From Camelus dromedarius (taxonomy: Eukaryota): DNA of 64,000 bases. Each line of letters begins with the position of its first letter. Position 1 is the stretch's first letter. The stretch covers positions 86,552,001 to 86,616,000 of the forward strand of contig NC_087437.1 of NCBI RefSeq assembly GCF_036321535.1, read 5' to 3'. Below, piece by piece: positions 25,355 to 36,227 of the stretch. The position numbers were made by a program, and so were the translations under genes. Under the pieces are notes generated by a model that ran no database searches, was not told the origin of the DNA, and saw nothing but the letters and a program-made list of their open reading frames with translations.

Positions 25355-25864
25355 AACCACAGTGAAATGTCACCTTGCACCTGTTAGGATGGCTTTTATA
25401 ACAAAGAAAAGAAGTAACAAGGTGAGCAAGTGGAGCAAAGGGAAACCTTGTACACTGCTGGTGTGGTCATTATGGAAAACAGTATGAGGTTCCTCAAAAA
25501 ATTAAAAATAGAACTTCATATAATTCTGCAATCCTAATTTTGGGTGCATATCTGAAGGAAATGAAATCAGTATCTCAGAGAGAGCTGCGCCCTCATATTC
25601 CTTNNNNNNNNNNNNNNNNNNNNNNNNNNNNNNNNNNNNNNNNNNNNNNNNNNNNNNNNNNNNNNNNNNNNNNNNNNNNNNNNNNNNNNNNNNNNNNNNN
25701 NNNNNNNNNNNNNNNNNNNNNNNNNNNNNNNNNNNNNNNNNNNNNCATGAGAAGGAAGGAAATCCTGCCACTATATTAAACTGTAGGGCATTATGCTAAG
25801 TGAAATAAAACAGAGAGAGAAATACAAATACTTATAATTTACTTATTAGTGGAATCTAAAGAAA
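25355..25864 (+). mobile_element. L1MA-type ORF2 end/3' UTR segment (inverted proximal part), containing the gap 25604-25745
   Basis: aaccacagtgaaatgtcaccttgcacctgttaggatggct, tatggaaaacagtatgaggttcctcaaaaaattaaaaatagaac, cattatgctaagtgaaataa and gtggaatctaaa. Confidence 0.9.
25604..25745. other. Assembly gap (142 N)
   Basis: N run inside L1. Confidence 0.99.
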
Positions 25865-26659
25865 TTCTTGTATTTTAAAGTACATTTGGAGATGACAAAT
25901 CAACACAAGACACTGTACTTATTTACATACCTCTTTTTGGAGAGGAGCTCCTTAGGATTCTGCAAAGCCTTAGTAATTCAAAAAGAAATCTTTTTCTCTT
26001 GTTAATTTCTCTAGAGATTTAGCAGTTGGATCTGCCAGCTTTCATATCAGACAAGTGAAGTACCTGACAGCAAGTGGAAAACCAGGCTATTAAAAATTTC
26101 CTGGTGAGTTTTGTAGATTTTGCTTTATTACTCCCCTTATTTTAGCTGATCTGCAGTTAGCACATTTTCCCTTTATTTTATTTGTTGCTACACTGGTTGG
26201 AGTGATGTGTTAGTATTATGATTATATTTCTCAATTCTGAAAAATTTGCTAAAAACATGGAAAATTATAAATGCTAATATGGTATTATTGACTTTCCAGA
26301 GCTAATAATTTTTAACATTATATCATAGTTGTTTCATATTCCTTCTTTCTGTCCTTTTCAAAGAAACTGAACTTTAAATGATATTTCTCATTTGAATGCT
26401 ATTCTTTTCTTCTCTTTCTAGTGGTTATCACTTTAATATATTTACACATGGAGAAACTGTAAGATTAAATGTATTCCCACAAGCCCCACAGGTAATCAGT
26501 GGCCATACAAGTTCCGGAGCATAGGTCTCTAGATTCTTGATATATTGTTCTATTTTCAGGACTATTGATTGAATTATTGGTTGAATTAAAAATAAAATCA
26601 TATTATTGAGTATCATAAGTTTTTGGTCTTTCAGTTAAACAAAACCACATAACATTTTT

Positions 26660-27640
26660 GTTTTTAGTTCAGATTTAGAAAGTGGCAAGAGATTTACCCT
26701 AACAATCAAAACAATGCAGATAACCTACAGAATCTAGTTCTGTAAAACCATCAGAGATCTGAGTACACAAAGAAACAAAAAGAACTAAACTCCAAAAGCA
26801 ATATACACTTGCTTTTGGGAGGGAAACTAACATAGTTGCTCTCACCTCTGGTGTAATGGCAAGAGGAAGAGAGATCTGTTGTATTAAAAAATGGAACTAA
26901 CTAGAATGATGACAACATGATAAGAAATGAATAATTCACTAAACAGACTTTGGAGCTCAGAAACAGCAGAGAAGAGGATAAATGGACTTAAAGACAGGTC
27001 AATAAAATATATCCCTACTGAGACAAAAAGAAAAAAGTGAAACAGAAGAGATTTGTAACAGTCCCCAGTTTATTTATAAATGGAATCTCAGAAAGAGATG
27101 AATGGGCAAGAAGAGATATTTTAAGAGATAAAGACCAAGAACTCTCCAAAATTGATGAACTATATCAACCTACACACCAAAAAAACTTAGCAATGTCTGA
27201 ACAGGATAAGGCAAAGAAAATTATACCTAATCTCTTGAAAGTTAAGTGGGCAAAAAGAGAATATCTTTTGAGTATATCTACCAGCAGCTAGAGAAAGAGA
27301 ACATATTAAATAGAGGAGACTGAATATACAAATTATGGCTGATACATTTCCAGAAACACTGGTGGCTAGAAGACTATAAATCATCATTAAACTGCCGTGG
27401 AATGAACAGATAAAACAAACAAAAAGAAAAACAGGAAACCAAAAAAATTTACTTTTCAACATAGAATTTAGTATTCAGAAAAAAATCTTGCAAAATATTC
27501 TTGAAAATGAAATGAAGATATTCAGTCTTTAAGTAGCAATAATAACAATATATTGTGGGACTCATAGCATATATAATAGTAAAATATAAGACAATAAGAG
27601 GTAGGAAGATGTAAAAATAGAGTTCTTATTCTGTTATAAA
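26660..27640 (+). mobile_element. Old L1 (or HAL1) 5'/ORF1 remnant
   Basis: A-rich sequence with ORF1-like stretches (GISERDEWARRDILRDKDQELSKIDE; atggctgatacatttccagaaacactggtggctagaagac; tagaatttagtattcag). Confidence 0.7.
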
Positions 27641-28485
27641 GTGATCATTGGATCCCATTCTCATCTTAACATTCTTTGATTACAGAGAAAGAGGACAAAA
27701 GATGCTAATCAGCCAAGTATGTGACTTAAAAATACAGTATAATTTGCTTTTTAACCTTTTAAGCAAATTAATAAAAATATATTTCCTTTTTAATTGCTTA
27801 GCAAATAATCTAAGATAATGTAACTGTAAAAATCATGAGGCACAATACTTATAGCTACAGAAATATTTGTTACGACTCTCCTTATGACTTAAGGAGATGT
27901 AATTATGACTACTTACTTGTTATAAAATCTGTCTCAAATGACAAATTACAAGGGTTTTTTTTTCACATATTTTAAAAGTTTCAGATAAAAAACTTGTATA
28001 ATTGTGGTTTGATCAAGTCTCTGTTCTACTCTAGTTTCAGTTATATTTTTAGATTGATATCCCGCAGAGTGGCAGCCTGATGGCACACCCACAAATCATA
28101 TCATTAGGAGGGGGTAGACATTTGTTTCCAGAATTCTTTGCATAAATACCAACTTTCGTGATGGTTGGGCTAATCTTCAACTTATCTCAGTGGCCAGGAA
28201 AATGCTATGTATTAACTGAATTTGTCCTAGATTTCAAAACCATTTGCTTTGTGGATTGCTGTGACAAAAGAGGCAGTAAGGAATTTGAGATTATCTCAGT
28301 GAATGTGGAATACTCAGGGTCTACCCAATCCCATCCAACTCACACAGTTACTTTATGATGGAGAATGTTTGGAATGATTGTTGAGGAGATAACCTCAATG
28401 TCCATTACTGCAGTGAAAAACATTCCAAATGGTTTGAAATATATGGGAAAAGACACGATTTTGTAGTCCTAACTTCAGAGTTGGA

Positions 28486-28521
28486 ATACTAAAAGCTCAA
28501 AAGATACTAAAAGCTCAAAAG
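28486..28521. repeat. Perfect 18-bp tandem duplication (atactaaaagctcaaaag x2)
   Basis: Units at 28486-28503 and 28504-28521. Confidence 0.95.
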
Positions 28522-29349
28522 TTGAAATTGTCAGTCAGAATTTTTTATTTTCAATGATAGAGATCACTGACACATTTACTGAGTATTTGTGAACAGTGGT
28601 TACACATTCCATTGTACCTTCAAAATAAGTTGTGAAGTCATGAAAAAGTCAGTTCAAAATTTATGCACCTTGGAAAACAGATTTAAATGTCCACTGCTAT
28701 CTGTGGCCACAATTGCTTATAAAAAAAACCCAAACAAATATTTTTTTGACCAAGAATAATCTTGGATAAAAGTCTATTAATCTTTAAAGATAGATTTCTT
28801 CTTTAGTACTTTTGCCTCTGCCAGAACACAAGTTTAATCTAAAATGAATGATTTTAACTGACACATGCTTTCAGTATCCTTAGTCTTTTCCACATATCTT
28901 GCAGAAATAACTACCATCAATTCTTACTCTGTCTTTCTTGAGTCACACACAAATTGCTGCCAAATGACAGAAGAGAAATAAAGGAACTCAAACATCTTTG
29001 TATTGAATATGTTTTCTATATAAATTGGTTTTTGGAGAATGAGTTATTATACCTGATTCCAGTAATAAATAGCTCAGAAACTTAACTTTCATTATCAAAT
29101 GGCAGAAAGCCATAAATTGTGTCCTGTGATAAATTATTAGAGGAGATTTCATCGTTTCTTTTTAATATACAGCTGTGTTGGTCTAATGATTTGAAATTTA
29201 GAAACGTATAATTATATCATTCCATAATATTATTTGTTTTTTTACTAATAGTTTAAAAAGTTATTCAAATGATCATATATATATTTAATACATCTTTCAG
29301 ATACTGCACATAAGAGAATGATGTATAGGAAAGGCAAGCGAGCACTCAG

Positions 29350-29600
29350 ATTTTAGCTCCAGCTTTTAATGTCAGGTAAATTTGAATAACCACTTAAGTC
29401 ATGGTGGAACCTCAGCTTTCTTATGTGTAAAATGAGGCAGTTCTCTCTACACAAAATGTTGCTGTGAGAATCAATGAGATAAATAATAAATCATGGTATT
29501 TAGTACTACTCAACACATCAGTTCTACTTGACATAACTTACAGGGTTATTTTAAGAACATAAGAAAGAAACTGTATAAATGAGAGTATTATGAAGATAAT
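29350..29600 (+). mobile_element. MIR fragments
   Basis: aacctcagctttcttatgtgtaaaatgagg, gttgctgtgagaatcaatgagataa and cagggttattttaagaacataag. Confidence 0.6.
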
Positions 29601-30540
29601 TTTTTATTAATAATACTGCTCTGCAAATATTATCTAAATCAGTGGTATTCATTACAATGAAGGGTGGATCTGTCTTAAAAATATAGTTATTTGAACTTCT
29701 TTATGGCTTTTGATTTCAATAGCCTGAAACTGGAGAAAAGAAGGCTTCCATATTGACTTTTTTTATCCTTAAAATTTCCTCAATTTGGTTTTGATTACTA
29801 AGGGCAAAATTTGGAAAACTCAGAGCAAATATTTATATCATAAAAGAATGAATAAAAATGAATGAAAAATATACATATCATACACATAAGCTTAGTTTTA
29901 TTTACACATAAAAAGGGGGTAACAACCATTTGTGGTCTAAGGAGGGGTGGGTTAGAGATGATTGAAAGAAGAAAGCAGAATTTACCATCAGCATGGAGCT
30001 CCCTTCCTTGTCAGTCCTTTTCACTACCATCCACCAATTACCCAGTGGAGAGGATGGAAACTCCTAGATGTAAGAATCTGTGGATAGATGTGATATTTAC
30101 CCCAGATCCTGTATGAAACCATAGGAGAATTCATCATTGTGGAATGTTCTTTGCTAGCATGGAATCATTGCAATAGAGAAAAAAATGTTAGCAGTGTATG
30201 CGTAGCTAGACAAGGTCCAGAATAAGTCCCCACTCAACAGTTGAATTTTCCTGCTGAGTATAGAAGAGATATGAAAATACAGAGTAGGATCAAGTATGAG
30301 ATGAAAAGCAGTAAAGAGCTGAAGATGCTATGCTTGCCAAAGAATTGTCATAGTAAGGGATGAGGAACTTTATAGTAGAGTCCAAGGGACAAGAAGCCTC
30401 GCTGGCTTACGAATGGAGAACGTGGGACCTGAGGAGAATGAGCCAATAGTATGAGACTGCTAGTTCTCTGCGTGTCATATTGCCTTTCCCCCGCTGAGAG
30501 AAGAATGGAAGTGTTAATCGGTAACAGACTCCTGAGGGTA

Positions 30541-31076
30541 AGATGGGGTTCAGAACACACTACCCCAAAGGTGGCATCTTGGCCTTAAATATCATAAACT
30601 GAAGGAATTTTTAAAATGGCAGAAGCTGGAAGGTAACTCTGACCCTCCTACCCCCTCATCCTTCTTCCCGGAAACAAATTATAAAACTCCCTTGTGAGAT
30701 ACCCTCGCTGTACCAGTAAGAGGGAAGACATTCTTGTCACCAGAAATGGGAAATCTGGGTCAAGAAATATACAAACAAGTCTTGTTAAACTAACCTTTAC
30801 CTTCCTAGTTACTTCTTTGCCACTTACATGCCCCAGCCCAAACCCCTTTGTCTTGTCAGTTCTTCACAAATTTATTGTTTGTCTTAAAGGTATAACAGCT
30901 TCCTGTTCTGGTCATTTCCTCAGGTCTTTGCTTACTTGTGGAGACTGTCACGTACATGTAAAAATTCAATAAAATTTATATGATTTTTCTTCTGCTAATC
31001 TGTCTTTGTCAGTTGAATTTTCACACTCAGCCAGGGACCCTAAGAGGGTTGAGGAGAACATTTTTCTCCTATAATA
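30541..31076 (+). mobile_element. ERV1-class solo LTR (MER34/MER39-like)
   Basis: Starts gatggggttcagaacacactaccccaaa. Has aataaa at 30968-30973, then ctgctaatctgtctttgtcagttgaattttca, and ends gaggagaacatttttctcctata. About 535 bp. Confidence 0.8.
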
Positions 31077-32367
31077 AGTATCTGCGAAGTGAACACTCCT
31101 TCTTCAAACTCATAATAATAGTAAGACTCCTGGAGCTCAGAATGCTGTCAAGAAAAGGGGTGTGGAGAGGGAGAGGGCTCTGAATTTGGTTGGCTGTCCA
31201 AAAAAAGATTTTTATGTGAACAGGAAGTGAATATGTTTATTACCTAGATTATTTCCTCCTGCTGAGAGAAATGAGCATTTGAGAATTACATTGAATGTAA
31301 TGAGAGGAAAATAGTTTCATTTTTGAATATTTAAGTTGGTTGAACTACTCCTATGGCAAATTTAAAGCTGCTATGTAGTTTTATGAAATTGCATTTATTA
31401 AATAATTATTTCTCAGTTTTATTAAATAAAAATATATTTAATTAACATTTAGAGTGTCTGGTCATCATGAGATAATCAGTAATTTTTGTCAGCCTATAAT
31501 GTGTCAATCTTTAAAATAAAAAAAAAGTAAAAATAACTTACTTGTTTTATTACATTTATTAACTACTTTCATCCATTACTCTGGGCTGAGTAATACGAAA
31601 TTGCTGATGTTTAATAATTTTTGAGCTACGAAAATAGCAATTTCATGTAAATGAAACTTAATACCCTGAACATCTAGATTTTGGGTTATCCTAGGTTGGA
31701 AACACCCTGAATACATAATAAAAAATACTTGGTAAGGTTTACAGAAAGATGCATTTAGCAAGAAACTTATGTTTATGGTGAACACAACATTGAAAATAAT
31801 TTTTGAAAATCATTAGATTTTCAAGACATGTTTACTCTTCTTACAATTAAATCCAATTTTCCTGTGTGGTCCCTAAAACAAAAAGAATTGTTTCTGGTAT
31901 TGATATTTTGATTAAAACAGACTATTAAATTATTTTAAGTCATTTCAAAAATTTAATCATGTAATACTTATGATTGACCAAAACCTGGTTATTTTTCTAC
32001 TGATTCTTATTCATTATAAATGTTGAAAGCATGCTCAAGTCAGCCTCCAACTTGGCATACTTACATATTCTGAACAGTAACAATTAAAGACTCATCAACT
32101 GGAAATATGTGTTTATTAATGCAGATAAGGTTGAGTTTTTAGGAAGCACACAAATGAAAGTGACAATTCAGGTGAAAGGAGTATGTTTTGGGTTATAGTG
32201 TGTCATACTGTGTAGTTCTACTTTTTTTGTGTTACGATTACATTATATATATATAGCTGTTGTTGTTGTTTATATATATAAAAGTTTGCCTCAGGGGTTT
32301 AGCATTTCAAGATGCTGTTGATTATATTGCTATGTAGAGATTGCCGATCTATACTCCATTTAAACTT

Positions 32368-32580
32368 CTAGCCTGCCCAGCACTTTTTCACCAGCCTATC
32401 TGTTCCTGTCTCTGAAATCCTTTTATCCCCCAAGCCGTTTTTGTTGAGTGTCATCATGTAGTGGTTGTTTCTCAGCCCCATCTCATCCATTACTTTTTCA
32501 ATGGAGAGGACTGCATCAGCCAGCCACGCATTGGCTTTTAACCCAAGATTGCACTCAGTGTTGGTAGAGTTGCTGCCAGG
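32368..32580 (-). CDS. Candidate terminal coding exon (70 codons, unidentified)
   Basis: Pyrimidine-rich acceptor tctgcctcttccccctgcctgtgcctgcag, then an open phase-0 frame PGSNSTNTECNLGLKANAWLADAVLSIEKVMDEMGLRNNHYMMTLNKNGLGDKRISETGTDRLVKKCWAG*. AATAAA on the minus strand at 32117-32112. No homology recognised. Confidence 0.25.
   Translation of the reverse strand, partial: PGSNSTNTECNLGLKANAWLADAVLSIEKVMDEMGLRNNHYMMTLNKNGLGDKRISETGTDRLVKKCWAG
32435..32541 (+). CDS. Alternative candidate terminal coding exon (unidentified)
   Basis: Acceptor tgttcctgtctctgaaatccttttatcccccaag, then (A)VFVECHHVVVVSQPHLIHYFFNGEDCISQPRIGF*. T-rich sequence downstream and aataaa at about 33077. No homology recognised. 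Confidence 0.25.
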
Positions 32581-33309
32581 CTGCAGGCACAGGCAGGGGG
32601 AAGAGGCAGATGACTACAGATGACTTCAGCTGGTTGGAGAGGACCACTCTCACTCTGAACAGCATCTGGCCTTTCCTGCAAAGAGTGTGCTGCACTTGAA
32701 GCAAAGTAGTCACACACAAATGGCCATGGATGGAATTGTTTGCCAAAGAGATTTGGGGCCTTTTATTTTCCCTTAACTGCATCAGGGAAGAATCCTTATC
32801 TCTAGCTTGGTTTCCACATAAGGGTTTTTGAGGAAGGGGACTGGGACAAGAAATCTGTCATGTAGTTAAGTAGACAAGAAATCTTATTAATTCATTTTTG
32901 TTTGAGAGTTGCTTATCTATATGATTTTTTTAAAAGTCAAGTTTAGTTCCTTCCATTTTTTTTTCTGAAATTACTTTTTGGGTAATATTTAAAAGTGAGA
33001 GACGTTTTGTAACTCTGTAAAATACATAGGGAATTTAACATTCCAGTGTACATAAGGAAGGCAAATTCTTTACTCAAATAAAGAGTATTATTCAAAAAAA
33101 GAGAAAAAAGTTTGCCTTTCTGAGGTGTACAGGGAGGTAAATCTTAAATCACTGAGCTCATTCTTTTCTGACCCTGTATTTACTTACGAAGCTTCAGTGG
33201 GGCACATGATAAGAAAGGTTATCGTTACAAATGTAAACCCGCACTTACAAAGTGCAGGTTGCAAAAGCAATGTGTTCTTTAATTGGGATATTGAAGTATG
33301 TAGGATTTT

Positions 33310-33582
33310 NNNNNNNNNNNNNNNNNNNNNNNNNNNNNNNNNNNNNNNNNNNNNNNNNNNNNNNNNNNNNNNNNNNNNNNNNNNNNNNNNNNNNNNNNNN
33401 NNNNNNNNNNNNNNNNNNNNNNNNNNNNNNNNNNNNNNNNNNNNNNNNNNNNNNNNNNNNNNNNNNNNNNNNNNNNNNNNNNNNNNNNNNNNNNNNNNNN
33501 NNNNNNNNNNNNNNNNNNNNNNNNNNNNNNNNNNNNNNNNNNNNNNNNNNNNNNNNNNNNNNNNNNNNNNNNNNNNNNNNNN
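33310..33582. other. Assembly gap (273 N) in non-repeat sequence
   Basis: N run with no recognisable repeat on either flank. Confidence 0.99.
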
Positions 33583-34904
33583 TCTTCCTTGTCTTCCTTT
33601 CCTTTTTCTTTTTTTCTTGAACATCCTTCTGCAAAGGTCTCTCTTGACCCCCATAAAGCTCCAGACCAAGATCTCTTTTGGAGCAACCAAAGCAAAGAGT
33701 TGAAGGGTGTCTCTTTTCTATGAAGAAGCTTCAGAAATCTTGAGGACTAGTTGCCTCCTAAATCTGGAAAAGAGAATTGGATTCCATATATTCTTTCCAT
33801 CTGTGATGTGCTAAGAACAGAAATGTGTATGATCAATCTTGAAAACATTCCAGGAAAGTCATTTGGTGATGCAGTATTCATGATCTGTTGACATCTAAGA
33901 TGAATCTGAGATGCCATAGTGATTCTCAATGCCAAATTTATTAATATCTGTCAACTGGGAGAATTTAATATTTAAATTATATCGTTCTTGTCTATGTTTC
34001 TACACAAGAAACCTTCCATTTCTCTTGCTTACAAAACATTCCTAAACACAGCATCTAAAGGAACAACTGTTTCACGTTTACTAAAAAACACAATACCTCA
34101 GCATTTAATTATTTAGAAATAATAAGCAATGACATCAACATTTCCATTTAATCTGTAGGTACAATGTTGAGTTTTGAAAGTCTGGTTCATTCAAGTTGTG
34201 ACCAAAATAATCCAGTTGTTTAAAACCTTGTGTTGCTATGAGTTTTTATGGGAATAATTTTTGCCATGGGAAACAGAATTATTAAGGTATTCTCATGAAA
34301 AACATCTTCCTTAAATTATTGTGGATTCTATTCATTATGGATTTTGTCACAGGCAAGATTATCATATGTGAAGAAATGAATGTTTTGGATGTCAAAAGTG
34401 GTGAACTGGAAAGAAAGAAAACAAGCCAAAGTAATTTGCTTCCAATTCATGATAAAGGCCAGAGTCTGAGATGGGAAGAAAGGAAGAAGTATTTGGAGAA
34501 ATGAAAAGATGGGAAATGAAATGTAGGGGAAAATGGATGATTAGAGAACAAGTACAAGTTAGTTAGAGTTTGCAAGATTTCATGATCTAACCCTTTGGGA
34601 AACTGGTGAAGCAGGAATAGAAAAAGGAGGACTCATGCAGTTGATTGTGGGATTCTACTTATGAAGGTGTGATTAATATTCAGGAAAATGTCTGATGCCA
34701 GTCAGTTGGCATCAGAAGGGTGTGCTTAGTTTTCTGTTTAAAATTTTTTAAAGTTTGAAAAACGAAATTGAATGAAATTTACATAACTGGTGAGGAGACC
34801 AAGAGGAGATTGGTTCACTTTGGATTGAGGAATGACGCAGGGAGGAGAAACGAAAATTGAAGGTTGGAGAGAAGAGGCAGGCAGGTAGTGTAGTGGGGAA
34901 GAGA

Positions 34905-35065
34905 AGATTCCTTGAGTACCAACCATATGTTGGACACATGGATGAACTGTTTCATTCATGCTTTATCTTCTAATCCTCACAACAATAGCTGTATTAATAG
35001 ATTTTTTTTCTAACGAAGTTAGGTAACTTGGACAGTGTAATTTAGTTAGTAATAGTGGTTGGCTT
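34905..35065 (-). mobile_element. MIR fragment
   Basis: ttgagtaccaaccatatgttggacac, tctaatcctcacaacaatagctgtattaat and gaagttaggtaacttggacagtgtaatttagttagtaatagtgg. Confidence 0.65.
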
Positions 35066-35968
35066 TCTTAAATAAGAAAACAAGCAAACTATGAAACAAA
35101 GGAAACAAGGAAATGAAAAGAAAGAGAAACTGGGTAAAAACCTGTAACTGGATGAGTAAAGATGGTAGACATTTCTGCTTAGAGAGAGTATGTGAGAAAG
35201 AGAAGAAATGATGTAAAATAGGCTATAGGAGGTATGCATGGCAAAAAGAACCCTAGGAAAATTAATGTCCAGTGTTCTTTTTATTTTTTTTTTAATTTTT
35301 AAATATTTATTTATTTTTTCCAGCATTCTTTTTAGACCCCCTTTCTATTCTGGGTATACTGAGTCTCCCTCATTTAATCTTAAGCATTAGGTATCTGTGC
35401 ATGCAGTACATTATTGGTTCTTTGGAGAATGAAGGAGAAGGCCTCATGTGAAGAATGGTGACCAATAAGAGGATAACTGTCAGCAGCTGTATTTCAGAGT
35501 AAGAGGTGAAAAGAGAGAATGACTGTGATTCCTGAGGGGAATCGTGAGACATGTTGGAATTCTGAATGTCTTTCAATATATGGGACATGGACCTGATTTT
35601 TAAAATACAGATATTTATGAAAATGTACCCAAAGAATAGAAGATTGAGAGGAAAGCAAATAAATGAAATAATTCAACTTTAAAATGACTTTTTTTTTTCT
35701 GAAAGATTAGAAATAGAAGTTTATAAATAGTTATAGCTAGGAGGGTAAAACTGTGTATTTATGAGAGCGGTTTTGAAACTTACTAGCTAGCTATGTAGTC
35801 ACATATAATTCAAGTAATAATTAAAGTAGATTGTTTCTGCTCATTAGGAAGGTTCGGCTAACATGTACACATAGCTCATGATAAAAGTGAACAGCTTTGC
35901 CCCCGAAACAGTGTCCCACAGGCTAGATATAACCTATACCATGGTATATTTACTCTGAATAGTGTTTT

Positions 35969-36227
35969 CTTTTTTTCTTTTTTATTTATTTTAACTTTTT
36001 TTATTGAATTATAGTCATTTTACGATGTTGTGTCAAATTCCAGTGCAGAGCACAATCTTTCAAGTTATACATGAACATACATATATTCATTATCACATTT
36101 TTTTTTTCGCTGTGAGCTCCCACAAGATCTTGTATCTATTTCTCTGTTATATACAGTATAATCTTGTTTATCTATTCTGCATATGCCTGTCAGTATCTAC
36201 AAATTTTGAAATCCCAATCTGTCCCTT
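35969..36227 (-). mobile_element. 5'-truncated, lineage-specific L1 3' end with a 13-bp TSD
   Basis: Poly-T tail, then ttttattgaattatagtcattttacgatgttgtgtcaaattccagtgcagagcac and aaatcccaatctgtccct. TSD tgaatagtgtttt at 35956-35968 and 36228-36240. Confidence 0.9.

Noticed and set aside
27037-27291. 84-aa ORF
   Set aside because: Degenerate L1 ORF1 remnant, not a host gene.
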